A DNA stretch of 63,969 nucleotides, filler included, from Kipferlia bialata (Eukaryota): assembly GCA_003568945.1 (NCBI GenBank). It is 3 parts of 3 records of this genome, joined end to end, with 100 filler letters (N's around TTAATTAATTAA, not from the genome) between each part and the next. Parts side by side here need not be neighbours in the genome. Positions count along the whole stretch, not along the records: positions 21,591 to 43,061 come from BDIP01000324.1; positions 43,162 to 63,969 come from BDIP01000353.1; 1 more part is not named here. One strand, written 5' to 3'. The translations under genes and the position numbers were made by a program. This document shows positions 37,486 through 49,589 of the stretch, one piece after another (within the stretch, counting starts at the first letter, position 1; each line of letters starts with the position of its first letter). The notes under the pieces are model-generated. The model saw only the letters and a list, made by a program, of their open reading frames with translations, was not told the origin of the DNA and did not search any database.

Positions 37486-39584
37486 ACAGGACCTGGGGGG
37501 TGAGGGTGAGACGCTGATTCCGAGTTAGTATCATGTCTTTCTCTCTACAAGGGGGTGGGTGGGGGGTGGGTGGTGGGGGTTGGACTAATATATAATACAT
37601 AACATAAGGTACCTTCTTAGATTGTCCTCTGATGTCTGCTGATGAGTGTGCGTCCCCCGTGCCAGACATGCACAGCAGACGGTTCAGGGTGGCATCATCG
37701 CCTGGGGTAAGAGATACAACTATACACAATGGAGTACAATACTATATAATGGATATATGAATATACGATGTAATGTGCCTGACATGCACAGCAGACGGTT
37801 CAGCGTGGCATCGTCACCTAACAGTGAGGAAAACAATACTACAAGTGATATATAAATATATTATACAGTAAATACTGTATACTAATGTACATGCAGAGCA
37901 GACGGTTGAGGGTGGCATCGTCACCTGAAGGTAAGTAATGAAACTGCATACAAGTATAAATACATGCAATATATACGAAGTATAATCTAGACTGTCTCTA
38001 TACCTATATGGGTGTCTAGCATTGTCTGCAGTGTTGTGCAGAACCCATGGTGCCAGAGAGTGGCACCCACGCCTTCCTCTCCCTCCCTGGATCCACCCTC
38101 CCTCCCTGCCTTGCGCTGCCTGGGGGGTTAGAGTGAATATATATATACAATAGTATACAGCAAGTATAGACCAATGCTTGCCGGCCTTGCGCTGCCTGGG
38201 GTGAGTGATAACCAAGAACACCTTATGCTGTATATGTCAACATGTGATTCGGCCAATACTTGCTACAAACTCACAAATACCACCCATTGGTATACCTGGC
38301 GATCTCTATCCCCCTCTTGAGTGACACTGGGAGTGTTGAGAAGGAGGGAAGGTACACGTATTATGTGAACTGAACACTATAATATATATATATACAATAA
38401 TACCTAGCTATCTCTATACCCCTCTTGAGTGACACTGGGAGTGTTGAGAAGGAGGGTAGGGGCAGGGAGGGGGCAGAGACGGAGGAGGCATAGACAGAGG
38501 CCGAAGGGGAGGAAGTCTGAGGTTAGGTAATATTGACTCTAACATCTAATATATGAGAAAAAATATATAGGCAGGAGGTATATACCGAAGTGGCAGAGGG
38601 TAAAGAGGTCTGAGGTTAGTTATGAACCATATATACTAATACATGTATAAATAATTATGGATATATAGAGGGAGGAGGCATATACCGAAGTGGCAGAGGG
38701 GGAGGAGGTCTGAGAAGTTAGAGTTAATGGAGTTCTTTGCACATATATCTTCTTGTATACTGATACACTACTCCATACCATGCCGACTGTGGGGGATGTT
38801 GCCGAGAAGAGCTCTCTCTCTCTCTGCTGGGCAACGGCACCATCCCTAAGGGGTTAGGTATATATTATCAAAACAATATATGCCATATACAATACCATTG
38901 ATAGAGATATCTGCTGGGCAACAACTCCATCCCTGCAACGTGAGAAATAATGGATAATATATCGAAAGTGGTATTGTAGAACACATCCATACCTGTCTCT
39001 ATCCATCTCTGCCTCATACCCAGTCTCGTCATCGATGCTGGATGGCTTCCTACAATGAGAACAGAATTAGTGTATTTATATACAACACAATTACTTCAAA
39101 ATTAGATATAAATAAAAATACACATATACGAGATAATACAACTGTCTTGTATATATATAAGTACATACATACCTCCTCCCTGCCAGCTCAGCCGTCACCC
39201 TCTCAGCGGTGGTTGCTGCCTCCAGGCGCTTCTTCTCTTCTGAAGGTTAGTTATCACATATATGGAACATATATAACGGTACATTGAAATATATACACAC
39301 ACACACATATACATATATACTATCTGCCTCCAGGCGCTTCTTCTCTTCTGTAGGTGAGTGAACAGAATATAAGTCTTCATATTCATATATATGTTTCATA
39401 TGAAAAGTACCAAAAAGAAAACGTGATTGAACTCTCAGCTCTGGCAGCCTCCAGCCGCTTCTCATCTCAAGAGTAAGAGATATATGTGAATAGAAACTCT
39501 CAAAATTGAATACTCCACTCACCCTCCCAGAATGCCCCGCCCTTCTTGCCCCTGGTGGTCTCCTTGACCTGGGGGGTTAGATTG

Positions 39585-39639
<55 letters not shown>

Positions 39640-41702
39640 ATAGAGGTCTACATATTAACTCTACTAATTCTTGCCCCTGGTGGTCCTTCCTTGACCTGGG
39701 GGGTTATTAGAACAAAATAAATCTTTCATTTATATAGAATATATATATATATATGTATATACCCATAGCCTGGTGGTCTCCTTGACCTGGGGGTCAGATG
39801 GATGCATATATATATAGAATATTATGAATGAAATTGATGTTAGGGTATGGTTGTATACAGAGTGTATATGCTGTGTTAAATGAACCTTTCCTGCAAGTGA
39901 TTCTGCCAGTTGACCATATATAGAGATACTCATACCCTGAGTCTGGCCAGTGTGGATAGTGGACTGGTCACTGCCTCCTTGGCAGATGGGTCAGTCTCTG
40001 CATCGGCCCTGGGGGACACAAGGCCTGGGGATGAGATGCTATACATTACTAATAATATATGATGGTGCATATATATATATATTGGGAAATGTATAGAACC
40101 CTCGGTCCTGGGGGAGACAAGGCCTGGGGATGAGATACTACATATAGAATATATACACTATATATACTAAACATATATATATAGTATTCATACTCTGAAG
40201 TATACAAAATATGTAGGTATTATACATCCACATGGGTATAATCGAGTATCTAGAAACATATTCCCTCAGCCCTGGGACACAAGGCTTACTGCTTAGGATA
40301 ATAGAACAAGACATACTTTAAACTCAGTGTGTGTAGCAACATAAAGTATGTGTTCTATTACATATGAGTGTATCAACTTACTACCTGTTGTGGGTGACAG
40401 TGTGGCTGGTGCTGCCATGGAGTCTGAGCGGGGGGTGATGCCCTTCTGCCTGGGAGGGGTTAGAAATATAGATATAGAGAGATAGGTATATATATAGATA
40501 TATATAGTACTAGATATATATATAATGACCGGGGGGTGATGCCCTTCTGCCTGGGGGGGTCAGATATATGTTTACATCAAAATATATAATCTCACTTACA
40601 TAAGTCTCTCTCACTCTCAATACTCATACATATATACCTAGGTCTCTGTCTGCCATGGATGCAGAGGGGGACAGGGTATACACCTATAGTATACACTTAA
40701 TAATACATACATATATATATATATATGTGTGTGTGTGTATACCTAGGTCTCTGACTATCTCTCTCTCTCTGATGCAGAGGGAGACAGGGAACATATATAT
40801 ATACAGTATATACATTATTATTCATACACTATATATATACCTTGGCCTCTGACTGTCTCTGTCTGATGCAGAGGGGGACAGAGTATATATATATAGTGTG
40901 TGTATATAACTGAATAGTGTATATTCCAGAATGTATATGCTATTAATATGTACCTAGGTCTCTGACTGTCTCTCTCTGATGCAGATGGGGACAGGGTGTG
41001 GGTAGGGGAGGTCACGTCGGTGCCTAGGGGTAAGTATATGCAAGATGGCACTAGTATAATGGACATATATACACCATAATATATGTCTCATTGAGGGTGT
41101 ATGTGAGGGTGTGGGTGGGGGAGGTCACGTCGGTGTCTGGTGGTAAGTATATACTATTGCAATAGAACAGTATTTGAAGGATATAGTATTGATATACTAT
41201 TATTAATTAATAACTCTTCGAGGGTGAATTTATATGTATACAACTATATATGTACATATACACTCTGTACACACCTTGCAGGGGAGTAGGTGCCTTTCCA
41301 GAGGTGGTACCCCATATATATACAGTATATACACCCCATAGAGTACTACATACACATATACATATCAATATATATAATGTGTTTCATACTGTACATACCT
41401 GGCAGGGGAGGGGGTGCCCTTCCTGAAGTGATACCCAATATATACATAGTATACCTACCACATACACATCCAGAGGTGAATGAAGTAATATACATATACA
41501 TGTAGTATATTATATATACCTGGCAGGGGAGGGGGTGCCCTTCCAGAGGTAGCGCGCCTGTTGCTCTTGATGCTACGCAGCACCAACTGCTTCAGAAGCC
41601 TAGGGTCAGTGATATACACTGAATACTAAAGTATGTCAAGTATGAAGGAATGTCATTATAGTGAACCTCTTCTCCTGGGGGGGGGGGGGAATACACACTC
41701 AA

Positions 41703-41738
<36 letters not shown>

Positions 41739-42577
41739 TATACCTCTTCTTCTGCGGGTGTTCCCAGCACTCTATAGTGAGTGTGTATTCAGATATATAT
41801 ATGTATATATATATGTACAGAGTAAGATACATATATATTAATGACAACATCCTATACCTCTTCTTCTGCGGGTGTTCCCAGCACTATAATACTGAGATAG
41901 ATGTACACATACATTGTAATATATATATATAGTACATATATTTATACACATACTGTACCTCTTCTTCTGGGGGTGTTCCCAGCACGTGATGCCCCTGGCT
42001 GTGTTGAAGTAGTACACATCGCCTGAGGAGTCCTAAGGTTAAACATATACATATATATATAGAGAGAGAGAGAGAGAATATGTGTTGAAGTAGTACACAT
42101 CGCCTGAGGAGTCCTGGTAGTAAGAATAGAGAGAGGGAGAGAGAATATGTGTTGAAGTAGTACACATCGCCTGAGGAGTCCTAGGAGGTAAGAATAGAGT
42201 GCGAGAGAGAGAGAGAGAGAGAGAGGGAGAGATAGAGAGAGAATATGTGTTGAAGTAGTACACATCGCCTGAGGAGTCCTAAGGTTAAACATATACAAAT
42301 ATATATATATACATATATAAAGAGAGAGAGAAAGAGAAAGAATATGTTGAAGTAGTACACATCGCCTGAGGAGTCCTGAGGTCTATAAATAGAGAGAGAG
42401 AGAGAGAGAGAAAATAATATACGCTAGTCAGAGAGTACTGCGGGTAATATAGTGGTGAGTGTATGGAGGGGGGGGGGGGAGTACTCTACCTTGTGGGATG
42501 CCCACCCTATAGGCAGTTCCAGTCCAAGTGCAGCCAGGGAGGCCTTCTCAACCAGGGGGTGCTCCCACTGTACCCTA
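36160..42577 (-). CDS. WW-domain + LIN1/CD2BP2 (U5-52K)-like protein (5' partial), about 17 exons
   Basis: The N-terminal exons give VQWEHP...LPIGWASHK|DSSGDVYYFNTARGITCWEHP (a WW domain preceded by the end of another). I traced a continuous frame through all exons to ...FEPATMADD...EDAWIDE...IIAVLKS|GETPRDGVRRLG...AFDAIISANLELL...NVEDENKERL, resembling the DaWLD / LxPGETVxxALRRLG / VYxxTRERL blocks of CD2BP2/Lin1. The model spans an N gap at 37158-37448. Confidence 0.65.
42001..42377 (-). repeat. five copies of acceptor + first 31-32 nt of the WW exon
   Basis: (g)tgttgaagtagtacacatcgcctgaggagtc-ct starts at 42001 (true exon), 42082, 42149, 42247 and 42345, separated by (GA)n/(TA)n. Confidence 0.95.
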
Positions 42578-43012
42578 GAGTGTTAGAGTATATATATATA
42601 TTTAGAGAGAGAGAGAGAGAGAGAGAGAGAAGGGGAGAGAGACAGGGAGTCCTTCTCAACCAGAGGGTGCTCCAACTGAACCCTAGAGTGAGAATAGAAT
42701 ATATACGTATATATATATACATATATACCCATATATATAGAGAAAGAGAGAGATAGATAAAGAGATAGATAGAGCAGCCGGGGAGACCTTCTCAACTAGG
42801 GGATGCTCCCACTGAGACCCTTCTTCACAAGGAGGATAGTTCGGTACACACCCATACACAGATATATATATATATATATATGTATATAGGTCGGTGACAC
42901 AGAGAGAGGGAGGGGGGGGGGGGAATATCAGTCACAATGAGACTTCCACTTCCACTGCTGCACTACACACACAACATCAGACAAGGTGGCAGGCAACTTG
43001 GCTAGATTACGA

Positions 43013-43061
<49 letters not shown>

Positions 43062-43161
43062 NNNNNNNNNNNNNNNNNNNNNNNNNNNNNNNNNNNNNNN
43101 NNNNNTTAATTAATTAANNNNNNNNNNNNNNNNNNNNNNNNNNNNNNNNNNNNNNNNNNNN
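43062..43161. other. artificial scaffold spacer (44N-TTAATTAATTAA-44N)
   Basis: Same 100-bp structure as 21491-21590. Confidence 0.95.
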
Positions 43162-43243
43162 AAAATAATATTTCCGAACCCCCCCCCCCCCCCCACTCCC
43201 CCCTCCCCTCATGTGTATATTACGTGTGTCTCACCGATAGGCT

Positions 43244-44551
43244 ATGGCGGACGACAGTTCAGATGACAGTCTGCTCGGATTGGTAACAGGTACGATACTG
43301 TATAGATATATGTATGACATTTCTCTGTCTCTCTTTTGATATTCTTTGAATAGTGATACCCCCCGGCGTCACTTGTGCTTGCCTACGTCCTTCTTTCTCT
43401 CTCACCCCCTCCCTCCCGTCACTTACTCTCTTGTTGTCTTTGCTTCATTTCACTCTCACTCTGTCCCTCTCTCTCCATGTCCCTCTTATCTTCAACCAAT
43501 CTGAAATACTCTCTCTCTCTATATGTGTATGTCTCTTACCTTCAGCCAATCTGAACATCCCCAAGGAGGCACCCAAGAAGAAGAAGGTACTGATATATGA
43601 GTATTTGTATTTGCATTTGTTCCTGTTTATGTATTAGTATATATTGTAATATGTGTATATGTACGTATACATAGATACATCCCTAAGGAGACACCCAAGA
43701 AGAAGAAGGTATGTTGATGTGTATGGATATATATATATGTATTTATATATAGGTACCTATATACATGTATATGTGTGTATGTGTATAAGTATGTATATAT
43801 TGATATCAACATCCCCAAGGAGGCACCCAAGAAGAAGAAGGTATACACAGTGTATTTGTTGCGACTCCTGCCTTCTCCGTATCTCCCAACCCACCCCCAT
43901 CCCTCCCTCTCTCCCCCTCTTACCCCAGACCCCCAGTGTGTCTAGGCTTGATGCCGCTGTGGAGCAGCGTAGCAGCACGGTCCTCAGGGCCAAGGTATGA
44001 TTACATACGTTTATGTCATCTATATATAGCAGTGGATGATCCTTGGGCTAATGTGGGATGAAGTATATTTACTCTTGCTATGCCATACTATACCTTGACT
44101 TCACCCCCAGGGCCGGGCCATTTATATATATTTGTGTATATATATGAATATAGATCCCTATTTATACATATATATAGACATATGTATACCTCACCCCCAG
44201 GGCCGTGCCAAGGCCAAGGGCCAGAGGGACAAGGGGGCAGCAAGGGTGCAGAGGAGGTATGGATCATTCTCTATACATTTCACCATATTGTCATAAATTC
44301 TTATCCACGTATATACCCCACCCCAGGTCTGCCCGTCTGGCCAGGCTGAGTGAGACAGATGACTCATCGGACCTGTCCATAGAGAGGGAGACGAAGGGGA
44401 AGTCAGGTACGCGGTGTCTCTGTCCACTCTGTGCTCTCTCTCACACCCACTCCTTCTCTCTCTCACTCTTCATATTTCCTCACCCCCAGCCTCCACCCTG
44501 TCTGTGTCCCTGTCGGACATAGGGGCCAAGCAGGTACAATGCAGAGTGTAG

Positions 44552-44582
<31 letters not shown>

Positions 44583-44834
44583 TGTCATGTATATGTCGGA
44601 CATCGGGGCCAAGCAGGTGTGTTCTATGGTATTGTGTATAGAATATACGGTGTTATTATGTTTCTATATGCATCTGGGTCCCTGTCGGACATAGGGGCCA
44701 AGCAGATGCATTTATACTCTGGATATACAAGTATTTCTCTTTATGTAAAGTTACTAATTTTATGGTGCTACTATTAGTTCGATCTCTCTCTGTCTCTCAT
44801 TCCCAGGCCCCCACCACATCCAGCAGTGACAGTC

Positions 44835-44871
<37 letters not shown>

Positions 44872-45285
44872 GCCGCTCTCTCTCTCATTCATAGGCCCCA
44901 ACCACATCCAGCAGTGACAGCATCATGGAGATGGCCAGGTGAGGATGTATGATATATTGTTATATATATACTAAGAGAGAGAGAGAGAGAGAGAGAGTCC
45001 AGCAGTGACAGCATCATGGAGATGGCCAGGTGGGTGGAATATGTAGTATATCAGTAGGGTAGCTGTATATGTGAATTGACAGTCCCCAGGACCACCACCA
45101 CCCGGAACTGTCTCTTTCTGTCCATCTTTCCTATATTTGCATATACCCTCACCCCAGGCCCACCTCCACCCGCAAGGCCAAGGGCAAGAGGGCAGCACTC
45201 TTCCCAACACTGTCAACAGGTATGATATTGTGTTATGATATATGGTACACCATATCTACAATTACTCTCTTCATCCCATTGTGGG

Positions 45286-45322
<37 letters not shown>

Positions 45323-45864
45323 ACCCTTAATTCCAGCGTCCCCCGATGCCAAGAAGAAGGAGAGAGAGAGAAAGCAGCAGGAGGCTGCGAAGGAGAGGGA
45401 GCGCAAGGCTGCTGTAAGGTACGTATACGTATCTCTATATATATATATGTATATATATATAGAGAGACAGGTGCCTGTCTCTACTCATTGTTAATGGTGT
45501 GTAGTGTGTATTACTAAATAGTGTAATATGTGGCCTCAGAGGGAGACCTTCTCACCCCAGGGCTGAGAGACTGGCCAAGGCAGAGGCAATTAGGTATTAT
45601 ATATTATATATATATTATATATTTATTATATTTATGGATGTGTACCATGTATATTGTGGCTGTAATATATGTAAAATGTATACTGTTTGTATGTGTATTA
45701 CAGTCATACCTAGACTGGCCAAGGCAGAGGCAATTAGGTATGGGTGTAAATGTGCATTCATATAGCAGTGCTTGTGCAGTATTCAGATATTTTGAACTAG
45801 TTCGGTCATTTAGAGCGTTGTAGCGACTTTGTATTCGCATAGGTTTCTCACCCTGCAGGGCCCG

Positions 45865-45910
<46 letters not shown>

Positions 45911-46682
45911 GAATACATACATCTCACCCTGCAGGGCCCGTAAGAAGGCCGAGAAGGAGCAGCGTGCCGAGAGGGCCAGGGAGAGAGAGGCGCAGCGGCA
46001 GAGGGAGAAGGAGAGAGAGAAGGAGAAGGTGCCCTCTGACGACGAGGTGTCCTTCAGCCTCAGTGACCTGTTGACAGTGAAGGTCTCGGCAGGTATTAAT
46101 AATTATATTTGTATAGAGAGAGTGTATTTTTACTCTCTCTCTCTATATATATATATATGTACCCATGTCAACACTTTACTCACCCCAGCTGGCACAGGCT
46201 CCCCCTCCCCCTCCCACTCGTCCTCTGTCTCCTCCCGGTCCCAGTCACTGTCAGACTCAGTGTCACCATCAGTACCACCCGATGAGGTATAGACACACAG
46301 TATAATATATATAGTGTGTATAGTTTCATTACATTGTCTCACTTGCCAGGCAGAGAGGGAGAGAGAGAGACAGAGGGAAGAGGCTGACAGGGCCACTGCC
46401 GCAGCTATCGCCGCAGCATCTCGGCCACCACCTAGGAGGTAATGTACTCTCTCTCTCTCTCTCTCCCCCTCTCTAGCCCCTCATTGCAGGAGTAGCAGGA
46501 TAGACAAGGCCCGTGCCCGTGCCTCTAGACCACCCTCCCCAGAGGCAGAGTCATACTCATACTACAGCACATCCACAGAGGTATTGACTCGCGCATCTAT
46601 GTCAACTCATATCTATTTACCCTCCGTGTATACAGTGGTTTTACAAGAGTGTGTCTACTCTCTCTGTCTCGTATTTCTGTCC

Positions 46683-46718
<36 letters not shown>

Positions 46719-47032
46719 ATTTCCTTCCCTCTCCCCCTCTCACCCTCAGTCTGACCGCCCCCCCACCGCCCGTGAGATCAGGGCCCAGCAGAGGGAGGAG
46801 CAGAGGGAGAGGGAGAGGTATGGGTATGTATATATATATATGTCTATAGTATATACATCTGTCTCTCTCTCTATATATATGTTGTATATATACCAGCAGA
46901 GGGAGGAGCAGAGGGAGAGGGAGAGGTATGTACATCATTGACATGGGTCCGGTACACGCTCTAGTACATACCATGTGTCTCCTTTCATATACGTACCCTT
47001 ACCCTCAGGAGTGGCCTCCCCCCTGCCAAGAG

Positions 47033-47072
<40 letters not shown>

Positions 47073-47109
47073 ATATATATACCCCCTCACCCTCAGGAGT
47101 GGCCTCCCA

Positions 47110-47142
<33 letters not shown>

Positions 47143-48136
47143 TACATATATATGTGTATATCTCACCCCTCAGGAGTGGCCTCCCCCCTGTCAAGAGGGA
47201 CAGGTCAGTGCCAGAGGCAGAGTCAAAGGTATACTTCTACATACAACACCCATCATTCAATACCCTATATATCCCCCAGCAAGGCCTCCAGTCCCGTAGT
47301 CTCTCTCTCCCTCTCTCTATTATATGACCACTATGTCAGTGATTGTACAGTGTATATCTGACCCCCAGCCCCCCAGCAAGGCCTCCAGTCCCGTGGTGCC
47401 CAAGGATGCACCCAAGGGGAAGGGCAAGGGGAAGGTATAAGTATACAGTGTCGTATTCATACAGATGTTGTATGCCATTAACCCTAGGCCCCTTCCCCTG
47501 TACAGGCCAAGAGGGAGACAGAGAGGGAGAGGCCTGTCCAGGCTGCCAAGAGGAGACCACCAGCTAGGAAGAGGGGGAAGGTACAGTATTACATGTAGTT
47601 TGAGAGCGATAGACATACTATTCCTCTACTCTACTCTACCTTCACCCCAGGACGTTGAAGAGACCGTGTCTGTCTATGTATACTGTATGTTAATACACTA
47701 TATCTTCTTTATCTCCTAAATTCCTCCCTTCACCCCAGGACGTTGAAGAGACCGTCGCCCCTTCCTCTCCCATAGTGCCCCCGGCCATGGCTAGGTGTGT
47801 GGTATATAATGTGTATTATATATAGTGTATATATACGATATATCGTAGTGCCACCGTCCATGGCAAGGTACTCTCTCCCTCCAGTTCATGGGGTGTATAT
47901 ATTTACTCTGTTTACCCCCAGGCGTGTTGCCAAGGCTCGCGCAGAGAGGGAGAGGGAGAGGGAGAGAGAGAGAGCCAAGCAGAAGGTCAGGACCAGGGAC
48001 ATGGGCATAGGGACCAAGCCTGCAGAGACTAAGGTATATACACACATGTGTATACTATTATGTATATGTATATGTATACTTTGGGTCCTCTCTCTCTCCC
48101 CCTCACATCTACAGAATGTGTCCTCTGTGGCCGTAC

Positions 48137-48180
<44 letters not shown>

Positions 48181-49544
48181 ACATATATATATAGACTTAT
48201 CTTTCCATCTCCCTCCCCCCAGCATGTGTCCTCTGTGGCTGTCCCATTGGGTGTGGACAGGGAGAGATACTACAGGATGGTGGCTGAGGTACGGCTATTT
48301 ATGTACCATGTCAGAACTCTACTTGTGTTGTTGAGTACTGTGTGTGGCCGTTCATTACGTCCTGATCTTAGGGCTTATGAGTATCGTGTATTCATTATAT
48401 ACTCTCTCTCCCCACTCATTCCTAGGACATGGCCCTCCCCCACTCCCTGGCCCTGTCCTTGTAGTATATTAAATATAGTATAGATAGTACACTATACATA
48501 TATTATATATCTGTGTATCCTAACCCTCAGGACATGGCCCTCCCCCACTCCCTGGCCCTGTCTCTGTCACAGCATGTCACACCCCTGGGCCAGAGGGCTA
48601 GGAAGGTGTGCTAGTGTTGGAGTATTGTGTATATCTATATTTGTGTAGGTTAGTATACATACACCATATATATATATCACACCCCTGGGCCAGAGGGCTA
48701 GGAAGGTGTGTGTTGTGGATCAGTATTCATACATAATCATCTGTGCCCTGTGTGTATATATATACTCATCTATCTCTGATACCCCAGGACAAGTGCCCTG
48801 TGTCCAAGTTCCAGCTTGGGGTGTGGAGACTGCAGAAGGAGCAGGTATATATTAGTGTGTGCATTGATTATCTGATACTATATATGTACATTGGGAGATT
48901 GACAGAGTGCGGGAGACAGAGAGAGATAGAGTATGTGTGGAGACTGCAGGAGGAAATGGTATGGATAGAGAAGTGTGTACTCATATATATATAAATATAT
49001 ATATATACTTCTCACCCTAGATCATGCACTCCCTCGAGAACAGACTGGCCCTCCTATCCCCCTCCCTGGTGCATCTGGCCAAGGCAACACTCTGCCCAGG
49101 TATATATATTTATGTGTATACATGTATGTATGCAAGTATATGTATATACTGTATGAGTATATATATACATATCTATTCCCCTCCCTGGTGCACCTGGCCA
49201 AGGCAACACTCTGCCCAGGTATTAATATATATGTGTATACATGTATGTATGCAAGTATATGTATATACTATATGAGTGTATATATATATATATATATATA
49301 TATCTTTCCCCCTCCCTGGTGCACCTGGCCAAGGCAACACTCTGCCCAGGTACTGCTGTATGTATACATAGTGTATATATATATATATATACTCAGGTAT
49401 TGCCACATATACATCGGGTGTATATCTGTCTTTCTATCCATCTGGCCCTGCTGCTGCTGTATATATGTGTGTATATGTTTGTGTAAATATCTCTGTGGAT
49501 GGACGCCAACCCCGGGCCTGATCTCTGCCCACTCCGACCGCCTA

Positions 49545-49589
<45 letters not shown>

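Noticed and set aside
42001..42377. Repeat-spacer pattern resembling a CRISPR array (32-nt repeats, spacers of about 35-65 nt)
   Set aside because: The repeat is exon sequence plus a splice acceptor, the spacers are microsatellites, there are no cas genes, and the context is eukaryotic.
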